NCBI RefSeq assembly: GCF_006345805.1
Contig: NC_042998.1
Location: 195,300,001-195,364,000 of the forward strand
Source of the DNA: Octopus sinensis
Lineage: Eukaryota
Length of the DNA: 64,000 nucleotides
Reading direction: 5' to 3'
In this document: positions 37,594-49,646 of the stretch, piece after piece
How the letters are laid out: the number at the start of each line of letters is the position of its first letter
How positions within the stretch are numbered: the stretch's first letter is position 1
Notes under the pieces: generated by a model
The model's database searches: none
What the model was told of the DNA's origin: nothing
The model's input: the letters and a program-made list of their open reading frames with translations, nothing else
Made by a program: the position numbers and the translations under genes

Positions 37594-40500
37594 TTGAACT
37601 TTCATCTGCGTTTTGAGAAGTTTGCTGCCTTTTGTTGAGAGAGTTAGATTTTTTGCTCATCGTTGTTTGTGTTTGTTGTTGATTGAACGGTGCCCGTTGT
37701 GTAACGGTGGTTTTCGCCCTGCGGGGCGGAGAATTCTGTGTTTGAAATTGTTGTTGCCTTCGAGGTGGTTTTTGAAACATTTTTGAGAAATGGATTTCGA
37801 CTTGGCGTCGAGGAATGATTTTCCCGCGATGGTGAATTGGGGGACACTGAAGTGGCAAAACGGTCTTTTTCGGCCGCGGTGGGCGGAACCATGATGGACG
37901 TTGAATCCAGGATCGAACAGCTGTTCGAATTTGGGAACTTTGTAAAGGTGGAGGGAGGCGAAATCGAGCTTGTGCCGCCGCAGGCGAAGGTGCAAGAGGC
38001 AGAGGAAGGAACAGTTGTATACAAGGTGTATAGCTGCAAGGAGGGGAAAATTATGGACGTTAGAAGCGAGATGGTCGAGGAGTGCTTGTCCCCGGTGTGG
38101 GACGGGATTCGCCGTGTCGTTCGAGGTGCTCGCAGTGCTGCTGTTGAATCACATTTTGACTCGGCTGAGGTGGCAGGAGAGGTGTCATCTGTGACCCTGA
38201 AAAATGATGATATCATGTTGCTGCCCTCGTGTATGGGGGTGGGGAGCGGCTGAGCTGCTGGTGGAGGACGTACCGAGAGGGTGTGATATAGTGTGTGGGT
38301 GGCAGCGGCGGTCCTGCGCAATGTTGAGCGGGAGGTTTCGATTCTGCGGATGAGAGGGAGGGAGGAGGTGCGCTGGAGGGGACGGACGCTGGAGCTCCTC
38401 GTTCAGGCGGAGAACAAGATGTTGGAGAGCCTGCCCGATGGGATGTTTGATGAGGATGGAGCGTCCATGGGAGTGTCAGTGGAGGGGCGCAGACCTAGGT
38501 GTTTTGAGTGTGGCGAGAGGGGTCACGTCCGCTCGAGCTGCTTAAAGGAGAGGAAAGACAACGAGGCCCCTCCTCAAGGTGCTTCAAGCACTGAAGGGGA
38601 GTGGGCGGAGGGGGAGAGCAGGACGACGACGGGCAGGGAAGCAGAGGCGGATGGATTGCACACGGGTGACACACAGAGGAAAGAAGGATAACACCCTGGA
38701 CTCCCCTCCCCAAACAAGGAAAAAATCAGCAAGCACCGCAGACATACACACAAAGCAAATTCCCCAGCCCTACCCCCACGGCACTGTATTCATTGGAAAA
38801 TAGTTCGCCAAGCCCCTCCCCATAAAACAAGATGTGAAAAAGTCTTTAAAAAAAAATGATAATATCATTGCATTTGATGAAAAAAACGAGAGGGTATATA
38901 AATACTTTAAATTTTCCAAATTTAAACTATTTAGCAAGGCTACAGACATAAAAGCAACCACTCGCTTCGCAAAAATAAAGGAAGACGAGTGGAAGGAGGA
39001 AATACTACAAGAACATCTAAAGAATAGACTGATAAGAGACGTAACAAAGGAAGTACTGGAGGGTAAACTTGTTATAACCCCGGCAACCACACCTACCCAG
39101 AGCCCGGTGGCAACGCCGGTTAAGAGCCCTGCAGCTACGACCACAAGGGAGGAAGAAGGGGAAGCGGGCAGATTTAAACTGTCATGCTCCCTTTCTCAAC
39201 CGTAAGTTCATTTATTTTTTCTCTCACCGACAATGGCTAAGCTGGGTTGTGTGAATGTACGTGGAATGGGGACGAAATGGAAACAAATTTGTTTCCTGAA
39301 CGACCTCACGACACATGGAGTGGACATAGCTATTGCAACCGAGTCCAAGATGAACGAGGCCCAAGCGTTCTCGCCTCTTCTAAATGGGTTCGAGAAATTT
39401 ATTTCTCCTAGCCGAGGAAGAGGCAGAGGCATGGCAGTCCTTATCAGGAAGAGCTTGGACTTGCAGGTAAGTACTGTCTTTCTGGACCCAGAAGGCAGGC
39501 TGGTTGTTCTGGATGTGACCCACGTAAGTAAACAGTCCTTCAGGTTGGTAGCTGGGAAGTAACTCGGATGAGATCGGAGGTGGGAGGACGGTTACTGCTT
39601 ATGCGGATGACGTCACCCTCATCGTGTCCAATGAGGCCCAGCTACCTTGTGTGGAAGAGGCTATCAGAGGATACGAGGCGGTGGCAGGAGCAAAGGTTAA
39701 CAAGGACAAGTCGGTTGGCTTGCGCCTCGGCACCTGGAGGAGCAAGTCGATATCGTCCAGTGTCGTGGGACACTGGACGGATGGCCCTGTTAAGTTGCTA
39801 GGAGTTTGGTTTGGACCAGACTCCCAAACGGAGAGGAACTGGAGTGAGGTGACGAGCAAGGTGGAGGCCATAGTACGGACCTGGTCCGGAAGGTTTCTGT
39901 CCTTGAAAGGAAGGGTGGAGGTGGTACAGATGTTCATTGCATCTGTAATCACTTACCGCCTGACCGTTGTCCCTTGCCCCGATTTATGGCTTAGCAAGTT
40001 GGAGCGAATCCTTTTCCGCTTTTTGTGGAAGGGAGGAAAGCCACTTGTGAGGCGCTCCGTTTGCTGCCAGGAACCGTTAAAGGGTGGGTTAGGAATGCCT
40101 TGGTTGATGATGCGCAGACATGCGTTGAGGCTGAAGCATCTCTGGCACCACCTGGAGGGTGATAAGGTGTGGAGTCCGCTGGCAGGGGAATTTTTCCCGA
40201 GACCGGCCTCCTTAGAGAATTTTAAACCCGGTCGCATCAAAAGATGGAAACTGACTTTATGGCAAAAGGAGTGCCGACACGCACTCACGCTGATCCACAA
40301 GGCGGGCAAGGCCGGCTGCGGAAATACCACCTCGGTATTTTATAGAAGGCTGGTAGAGGCAAAGAACGACGACGTCCTAGGAGGGGCTCTGGGGTTTGAC
40401 GAAGACCAGCTTACCAACCTGTTTAAAAAGACTTTCAGGACGGGGTATTTGGATAATTTCCAAAGATCCCTGGCCTGGCAGTGCTATAGGAATGCTTTAC

Positions 40501-41206
40501 CTGTTCGCGAGAAGTTATCGCGGCACGGAATTTCAGTGCCACCGACGTGTCCAAGGTGCGAGTTGGACGATGAAACCGTCCAGCACGCTTTTGTACACTG
40601 TCGGAAGTTGTCCGACTTGATAAGTTACGCAGAACACGTGTTATCGCATCTGGGACGAGTACAGCTGTCGGCTGAGTCTATGATTAAGAGGATACCGCCA
40701 ACTGGACTCTCGAAGGAAGGTGAGGCATGTTTTCACTGCACGGTTGCAGTAGTAAAAGAATGCATGTGGCGTACAAGAATGGAAGGAGTCGCGATAGGAT
40801 CCTTTGTCTCGGGCCCCGGCTTGCTCACTTACTTCAGATATCATCTGAAGAGCAAAATGGGGCTGGAAAAGAGGATCTTACCACGGGGTGTGTATGAGAA
40901 AAGATGGAAGGAAGTGGGTTAAAAGGTGGGTGTCAGAAACCCAGCTTAACTATGGAGGGAGGAGATGAAAAAAAAGCTGCGGGGCCTTATAAATTGCCGG
41001 GGTTTAAAACTTCGGTAAGATCGAAAGTTTATGTAATGTTATAATATTCTATTGGTCATGTAAAGGACAATTTACAGACGAATTTTTATAATGAATAATC
41101 CAAATGTTATGGAAAATTTTTAATCGAACCTCTTAACTGTTTTTTGCATGTATGTCCTGTATTTGTCCTTCTATGTAACGATTGTATAATCATAATAAAG
41201 AAATAC
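37594..41206 (+). mobile_element. Tx1/L1-clade non-LTR retrotransposon, internally deleted, copy 1
   Basis: TSD GGAGTTAGTTCCC at 37581-37593 and 41207-41219; ORF1 with CCHC knuckle CFECGERGHVRSSC; ORF2 with APE N-terminus (NVRG, DIAIATE), AYADD at 39597-39611 and C-terminal CPRC...H...C; AATAAA at 41194. Confidence 0.9.
39233..40922 (+). pseudogene. Tx1-like ORF2 remnant: APE N-half joined out of frame to RT from YADD onward
   Basis: 39233-39562 is the endonuclease N-terminus ending RLVAGK*; another frame opens at 39552 and reads GSNSDEIGGGRTVTAYADDVT through to the zinc-binding C-terminus. Confidence 0.85.
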
Positions 41207-41309
41207 GGAGTTAGTTCCCGTTGTTCTTCCTCATTAAGAGTATTTCTTGTTCTTGTTTCCCACGCACCTTGATTGCTTGATCAGTTCCACTTGACAACTG
41301 ATATTTAAG

Positions 41310-41520
41310 AGAAAATCCAATCAAATATATACAAGTGATTGGTAATTAACTGTCTAAAGAAACAGATACCCCATTTACGATTATGTGGACCTGAAAAATA
41401 TTAATTAACGTTTGTTGTAGAAATCTAGAAATTCTCTTGAAGCTGTCGTTGTCCACTCAGACTCCAGTTCTCACGTCTTCCTCCTTCACTCTTTCTCTCC
41501 ATATCTATTACTATGTAAGT
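41310..41520 (+). promoter_or_regulatory. Putative promoter and non-coding first exon of ZNF copy B
   Basis: Near-identical to 28600-28811; donor GT at 41515. Confidence 0.5.
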
Positions 41521-43595
41521 ATTTATTTAAACATTTCTATTATATATGTGTCGTATTATGTACATTTATTTGTTTCGATGTGTTGAGAAAGTTAAAAGGA
41601 AAAAAAAAAAATCTCACTAAGACGAAATTATACGAAAGGCTGTAATTTTAATACTTTTATTGTGTTGTCGTTTTCTTTTAGACATTTCATTGCACTTTTG
41701 GTTATTTTCTAAATTATTTGTAAAAACTTCGGATCAATCCCTTGTTTAGATAACATTTATCTTTCTTTCTAACGTGTAAATTCGACAATTTCGTTAAATG
41801 CGGGAAAATTACGATGTAATTTGTTAGAAATGGGGAATGTATAAAAATACGAGTGTGCACTTGAAATACTGAAACGAAAAGCAAATATCGCATCGAGAGG
41901 AAATGGAAAAGCTTTTATTTGAAACATAGGAAGTCTTTATTTCTGGTGGTTCTTCTGCATCATTAAAAGTTAGAATTAATATGGTTTTCTAATTTATTTA
42001 ATTTTTGTGTGTGTGTAGTGCTGCTTTAAGCACCTAATATAATCCCTCGTCACATATTTTTATTTGCGGGAATTTTCAGAAATTTCTGCGTACGAGAATT
42101 CGTTTGGTCAGGCAACCAAAAAAGAAAAAAATGAAGTGTGATTTATGAGCTATTTAGCTGTTATTTTTCGCACATCTCACGACCAGTATGGTAATAATTC
42201 TCTGCTTAAGTTCCTCTGGGCTTGCAGGAAGAGGGGAGACATAGACTAGGCCCTCCCTGAGAAAGAAATGGCAAGGTGTCAGCTCAGTGAACGTGGCGGT
42301 CATTTCAACAGCACATTGCCTTCTTCAGGACGCGCCAAACTCTTTGGAGGAATCTGGCTTTCATTCTCCACATCAACCAATAATTTTTCCTACATTAAAA
42401 TTTCCCACAAAGATTTTGATGCTGTTAGTGAGACATCAATATTATTTACTGACATTTATTCATCTTTTATGCTCAGCAAAATATTAACGTTGAGCTAACC
42501 TTATATATATATATATGTATTTGTATATATGGCTCCCATGCAGGTAGCATGTAAAAAGTACCATTTGAGCATGATTGATGCTAGTGCCGCCTGACTTGCA
42601 CCCGTGCCGGTGGCACGTTAAAAGGCACCATTCAAGCATAGTCGATACCAATGCTACCTGACTGGCTCCGTGGCACATATAAAAGGCAACCGCTACACAC
42701 TCAAACAGCATCCAGCTGTAGAAATCCTGCCTGATAAGATTGAAACCTTGTTCAACCTCATGGCTTGCCAGTCCTCAGTCAAACCTCACAACCCATGCCA
42801 GCGTGGAAAGCAGATGTTAAACGATGATGATGAAGGTAGGGAAAGAGCAATATCTATTTTAGCAAACAAAGATACAAGACTGCAATGAAAACATCAGAAA
42901 TCTAGTGTCATTTATATGTATATTGGTGTGTGTGTATGTGGAAGTGTGTCTATGACAGACTTTATATTCCAGGAGTTTGGTATTATAATAGATGTGTCTC
43001 CTCTATGATATAAACATTTTGGTAATGCAGAAATTGGATAAATTTAATAGTACAGATAAAGAATTACATCTAAAATTTTTGGAACAAGAAATGTCGTAAA
43101 TTTGCACTTTTGAATATCTGCCTTTTAAACATACTTGATATCTTATATTACCTTCGTATTCTTTCAGAAAATCACATGAAATTGGCTAAAAAGTAATTTT
43201 TACTTTTAAAGAATCATCATTGTGTTTCATGTTTAAAAGACACTGCAAAGATATTCGACAAACGTATAATCCTGCTTCTATAAAACGTTGCTGAGTTACA
43301 GTAAAATATTTCCTCTGAGAGAGAAAGCATTTCTTTACTTCTGTGTCTGAAATGTGGAAGAGATAATTTTCTCTTTTAAATATACTTTGATAGATTTCCA
43401 AAGAGTATTTGCGGCATTTTTAAATATTGGCATTGATCACATTTAGAAGAAATATAAGAGAAGTGATATTTGTTTGGAATAAACTATAAAAACAAAAAGA
43501 AGAAAAATATCCATATATTTTGGTGAGAGAAGAAATATTTTTGAAAAGTTGTTGATCTGTACAACTTAAAGGTTCAGTTTTATTTTAGTGAAGAG

Positions 43596-45548
43596 ATGTC
43601 GGAAGAATTAGGAAAATCATCATATGACTGTGACATCTGCAAAGAGTCATTCTTAGAAGAAAGTAAACTCAATCAACACAAACAAATTCATGCAGGGGAA
43701 GCACCATATCACTGTGATATCAGTGGTAAATCATTGTCTCACAGGAATAGCTTAACTCAACACAAACGTATTCATACAGGAGAGAAACCATATCACTGTG
43801 ATATCTGTGGTAAATCATTCTCTAATGGCAGTCACTTAACTCGACACAAACGGGTTCATACAGGAGAGAAACCTTATCATTGTGATATCTGTGGTAAATC
43901 TTTCTCTGATGCAGGTAGCGTAACTAAGCACAAACGTATTCATACAGGGGAGAAACCATATCACTGTGATATCTGTGGTAAATCATTCTCTGATAGCAGT
44001 CACTTAACTCCACACAAACGGGTTCATACAGGAGAGAAACCTTATCATTGTGATATCTGTGGTAAATCCTTCACTTTAGGAAGTAACTTGACAATTCACA
44101 AACACATTCATACAGGGGAGAAACGATATCACTGTGATATCTGTGGTAAATCCTTCACTTCAGGAAGTAACTTGACATCTCACAAACACATTCATACAAG
44201 GAAGAAACCATATCACTGTGATATCAGTGGTAAATTATTGTCTCACAGGAATAGCTTAACTCAACACAAACGTATTCATACAGGAGAGAAACCATATCAC
44301 TGTGATATCAGTGGTAAATCATTGTCTCACAGGAATAGCTTAACTCAACACAAACGTATTCATACAGGAGAGAAACCATATCACTGTGATATCTGTGGTA
44401 AATCATTCTCTAATGGCAGTCACTTAACTCGACACAAACGGGTTCATACAGGAGAGAAACCTTATCATTGTGATATCTGTGGTAAATCTTTCTCTGATGC
44501 AGGTAGCGTAACTAAGCACAAACGTATTCATACAGGGGAGAAACCATATCACTGTGATATCTGTGGTAAATCATTCTCTCAAAGCGGCAGCTTAACTAAG
44601 CACAATCGTATTCATACAGGCGAGAAACCATATCACTGTGATATCTGTGGTATATCATTCTCTGGAAACACTAACCTAACTATGCACAGACGTATTCATA
44701 CTGGGGAGAAACCATATCACTGTGATATCTGTGGTAAATCATTCACTGCTTGCAGTCACTTAAGTAAACACACACGTATCCATACAGGAGAGAAACCATA
44801 TACCTGTGATATCTGTGGAAAATCATTCTCTGATCACAGTCATTTAACTCGACACAAACGTATTCATACAGGTGAGAAACCATATTCCTGTGATATCTGT
44901 GGTAAATCATTCTCTCATAGCGGTCGCTTAACTACTCACAAATGGGTTCATACAGAGGAGAAACCATATACCTGTGATATCTGTGGAAAATCATTCTCTG
45001 ATCACAGTCATTTAACTCAACACAAAAATATTCATACAGGGGAGAAACCATATCACTGTGATATCTGTGGTAAATCTTTCTCTCGTAGCGGTGGCTTAAC
45101 TGAACACACACGTATCCATACAGGAGAGAAACCATATTCCTGTGATATCTGTGGTAAATCATTCTCTCATAGCGGTGGCTTAACTCAACACACACGTATC
45201 CATACAGGAGAGAAACCATATACCTGTGATATCTGTGGTAAATCATTCTCTCAGAACAGTGTCTTAAATAAACACAAACGTATTCATACAGGGGAGAAAC
45301 CATATACCTGTGATATCTGTGGAACATCATTCTCTCGAAGCAGTAGCTTAACTAAACACAAGCGTGTTCATACAGGGGAGAAACCATATACCTGTGATAT
45401 CTGTGGAAGATCATTCTCTCAGAACAGTGTCTTAAATAAACACAAACGTATTCATACAGGGGAGAAACCATATACCTGTGATATCTGTGGAACATCATTC
45501 TCTCGAAGCAGTAGCTTAACTAAACACAAGCGTGTTCATACAGGGTAG
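43596..45548 (+). CDS. Polydactyl C2H2 zinc-finger protein, copy B (650 aa, 23 finger repeats, 3 with CxxS)
   Basis: Open ORF of tandem TGEKP-linked fingers; same N-terminus as copy A. Confidence 0.9.
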   Translation: MSEELGKSSYDCDICKESFLEESKLNQHKQIHAGEAPYHCDISGKSLSHRNSLTQHKRIHTGEKPYHCDICGKSFSNGSHLTRHKRVHTGEKPYHCDICGKSFSDAGSVTKHKRIHTGEKPYHCDICGKSFSDSSHLTPHKRVHTGEKPYHCDICGKSFTLGSNLTIHKHIHTGEKRYHCDICGKSFTSGSNLTSHKHIHTRKKPYHCDISGKLLSHRNSLTQHKRIHTGEKPYHCDISGKSLSHRNSLTQHKRIHTGEKPYHCDICGKSFSNGSHLTRHKRVHTGEKPYHCDICGKSFSDAGSVTKHKRIHTGEKPYHCDICGKSFSQSGSLTKHNRIHTGEKPYHCDICGISFSGNTNLTMHRRIHTGEKPYHCDICGKSFTACSHLSKHTRIHTGEKPYTCDICGKSFSDHSHLTRHKRIHTGEKPYSCDICGKSFSHSGRLTTHKWVHTEEKPYTCDICGKSFSDHSHLTQHKNIHTGEKPYHCDICGKSFSRSGGLTEHTRIHTGEKPYSCDICGKSFSHSGGLTQHTRIHTGEKPYTCDICGKSFSQNSVLNKHKRIHTGEKPYTCDICGTSFSRSSSLTKHKRVHTGEKPYTCDICGRSFSQNSVLNKHKRIHTGEKPYTCDICGTSFSRSSSLTKHKRVHTG

Positions 45549-47374
45549 AAACCATACCCCTGTGATAGCTGTGGTAAGACATTCTCTGGAAAAAGTCACT
45601 TTACTATCCACAAATGCATTCACACTCAAGAAAAATCAATTCACAGTGATATCTGTGGCAAATCAGTTACACAAAATCATTTGTGATTTAAACAAGTCTT
45701 TCCTTGTGAAGTGCATCCCTAACACAGTGATATTTGTTGTATAACATTTCCTCAGAAGGACAAAGGACGTATCTCATAAAGACATCCACAGAATATAGGA
45801 ACTATATGAATGTGACATCTATGGTAAATCTTTGACATGAAATCATCCATTTTTGAATCAAAAGAGCATTGACAGAGGACGGAAAACACATCACTGTGAT
45901 GTTAACCCTGAATCATTCTTCCAAAATGGTGAATTGTTTGTACACAGTCCTATCAATATGAAAGATATAACTGTAACCTAAGCTATTTCTGATAACTCAA
46001 TCTATGAAAATGATCAATTATTGAAATGTAAATGCATTCATACAGAAGACGAACCCCGATGATGATGATCCTCATCATTTAACATTCTCCTGTTCATGCT
46101 TCTGTGGATCAGATGGAATTCATTGATGGAGATTTTCTACATCTGGGTACCTTTCTTGTGACCAATCCTCACCTGTTTCCAAGCAAGGAAATATTTTCCC
46201 TGGTGAGACATATTTTACGCAAAGGACTGGAAATGAACAACTGCACAAGTATGACGGTCATGATGGCCCTTTACGAACATCACATAATATCTGGACAAGG
46301 GAACACACACACACACACACATATGTCTGAAGAATTTCTTATAGGAAATATCTTACATGTTTTCCCTACGTAAAAGTTTATAATTCCTATTAGGAAATGA
46401 AACACATGTAATGCTGAATAAATAATATCAAACTTTTCTCCGGTCTCCTTATGTGATTTGTAATTACCTTGCAAAAAATATTATCCAAACCTCCCACAAA
46501 AATAATGTACGTGTATATATGTAATCACAAGCTTGTTTGTTCAACTGGTGTATTTATGTAAGTTAGAGTAGTGGGGTGAGAGAGAGGGAAAAGTAAAGGA
46601 AGGTGGTCTTATAAGAATTCTACTTGTCATTACGTTACTTAGGTCGTCAGTAACACTTTCATGTGATTGGAGAGAAAGGATAAGGCCATGAGTGAGACGG
46701 GAAGAGTGAGAAGTGTGTATGACGTGAGGGGGACATATTTAGTTAAGGTTGTGATATAGAGGAGAGTAAGGAATATAATTTTAGAAGGTGGGTAATGTCC
46801 TGATGGAGAGGTTAAAGAAAGGTAGAGAGAGACAGATGATGGTGAATACAAAGTGAAAAGTAATGTTTTTTTTTTTATTTGAACTAAGTTTTTTTACAAA
46901 TCCTACAAATTGAAATGTGTATTGACTCTCTGACCTATCACCTTGGCTTACAAGTTACCACTGATGTGGTTTTCAGAGTAAGCCATGTTACATTAAATTC
47001 TGACCCCATTATTTTACATATAAGGTAATTTTTTTCAGTATACACTTCTCGTGTTTTAGATAAGAAATTGTGCCTATGTAAATTTTAAAATGTAATTTTT
47101 TTCTGTTTATGAGAAAACTGGAAAAATATGAGCGAATATTTATTTTATAAGTGCTGTGTCTATAAAATTGTGCATAAAGGGTATTAAGTAATTACCGTAT
47201 TCCAATTACCTTCGGTTTTCAGTGAATAGCAGATGAGCGACTATCTTTTGATGCAGACACAATACAGGCTCCACTTTAGAGTGTTTTGGTTCCAGGAATA
47301 ACCCAATCCATTGCCTCACTAGACACCGAGGCCATGACTAGTGACCGGGACCTTTTGTTTTTGGATAATGGATA

Positions 47375-47778
47375 ACTCTTTTACTTGTTTCAGTCAGTTG
47401 ACTGCGGCCATGCTGGAGCACCACCTTTAGTCGAAAAAATCGACCCCGGGACTTATTCTTTGTAAGCCTAGTACTTATTCTATCAGTCTATTTTGCCGAA
47501 CCGCTAAGTGACGGGGACGTAAACACACCAGCATCGGTTGTCAAGCAATGCTAGGGGGACAAACACAAACACACAAACATATACACACACACATACATAT
47601 ATATATACGTATATACGACAGGCTTCTTTCAGTTTCCGTCTACCATATCCACTCACAAGGCATTGGTCGGCCCGAGGCTATAGCAGAAGACACTTGCCCA
47701 AGATGCCATGCAGTGGGACTGAACTCGGAACCATGTGGTTCGTAAGCAAGCTACTTACCACACAGCCACTCCTGCGCC
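47375..47778 (-). mobile_element. tRNA-derived SINE inserted only in the copy B 3' flank
   Basis: Empty site GGATAAACAGC in the A (~35735) and C (~61645) flanks; ATA(A) duplicated around the insertion. Confidence 0.85.
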
Positions 47779-49646
47779 TATAAACAGCTAAAAGATTATA
47801 TAAATATATATTTATAAAATTAAAGACTTAAATCTGTAAGAGATGCAAAGCAAAAAGAAAAGAATTCAATTAAGGATGCATCTGATGAAAGAATATTGGA
47901 TTCAAAAACATACGACATGAAAATGATAACAATGAAGACTATAAGGAATATGAGGGAGTTAGGGTGAATCCTTTCTATTAGACAATGGCCGGGCATTGTC
48001 TTGTTGGAAGACTAATGCTTTTCTGTTGGTAATCTCCAGCCGCAGTTCTTTGATATATTTTGGTTCGAATTAGCCAGTTGATGACAGAACACATCAGAAT
48101 GAATGGTCTGGTTTTACGGGAGAAGGTCATATTAATGCCTTTATGATTCCACCAAACACAAAGGACGGGTTTGTTGCCATGGATATTCATCTTTGGTTGC
48201 TTGGGGGATATTTCTGCAAACTCCAGGATCAGTTTTGCACAACATTAAGCATGCAATCCATTTTTCGTCTCCAGTCAGAAGTCGTTCCAAAAAAGGGCAT
48301 GCTTTCTTTCCATTTCAAAAGCATGTCCCAAATGGAATACTGGTCCCAGCAATTCTTATCTGAGAGTTTCAAGCACCCATATATTAAAGCAAAGAGTAAG
48401 ATAGAAAGAGGAACAGAGAGAAGCGTACATGATATGTGATAGAGGGGAATATAATATTTATTGCATCGTTAAAAAAGTTAGTTGAAGTTGATGATATAGA
48501 GAAGTTAGCAATATAATTTTAGCAGAGTGGTGATGTTCTGATGGTGAGATTTGAGGCACAAAGAGAGAGAGAGAGATGATGGTTGTGGTGGAGGAAATGG
48601 TGATGGACAGTGCATAGTTAAAAGTAATTTGTTTTTAATTGAACAAAGTTTTTTTTATATTACGTATTTGCAGAATCGTATGAAGTAACCTGTAAAAAGT
48701 CCAAAATCTCAATAATTTGACATTTCACACCCCTTTTTTACATGAACAAAATGACAGCTTCCAAATATTGTTTTCTTAATGGGTAAGAATGATCAAACTT
48801 TAAACCACAGTGTGACACATTCATATCTGTGTGAATACGCAGGTATACGTAAGTAGAATACATCCCCACTTTTGGCACTATTTTGTTAGTGACAGTATGA
48901 ACTGTGTCTAAAGTTTATATGTATCACTACGCTGAATGTAGTCCAGTTCGTGTAACATGAAAAGGTAATTAAACACGTAAAAGAATAACTATGCTTCGTA
49001 TTGAGTTGTTTATCCCATTAGAACGAAATAAAACATAACATGGTGGCAGCGGTGGGATAATTAATCGGAAAATGTTTTTTAGGCAATTAAAACCAATGGT
49101 ATATTTTGATTTTAAAAAACGTAAATATTTTCTCTTTTTATTCATGATAAAGTTTTTTCAAAATAAATGAAAAGACAAGTAACTAATTCTGCTCGATTAC
49201 AAAGCAGAGGCAGAATAATCTCACGGTTTCTGCTGCAGGATTGCCACCTCGCGCTGACAATCCATTAGAGTAAGGGAGACTGCTATATTTGTCTTCACTG
49301 CCAAAAGACCCTTTTTTTTTTTTCAAAAAAAAGGGATGTTACACGTTCATATATATGCGTGGGTGTGTGGAATACGTCCCTTCTTTTGGCACTATTTTAT
49401 AAGTATTACTACGTTGTGTCTAAAGTTATACCGGTGTCGCTGCGCGGAATGTAGTCCAGTTCGTGTAACATGAAAAAGTAATTAAACACGTAAAAGAATA
49501 ACTATGCTTCGTATTGAGTTGTTTATCCCATTAGAAGAAAACAACACATAACAGTGATGAAGCCGAATATTGAAGAAATCTCTTTCACAAAATCCCAAAT
49601 CTATTAAAGTAGAGCCGCAATTCTTTAAAGACTGGAGTTAGTTCCC

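Noticed and set aside
44932-45330. Antisense ORFs over the zinc-finger arrays (also 56387-58538)
   Set aside because: Shadow frames of the 84-bp repeat.
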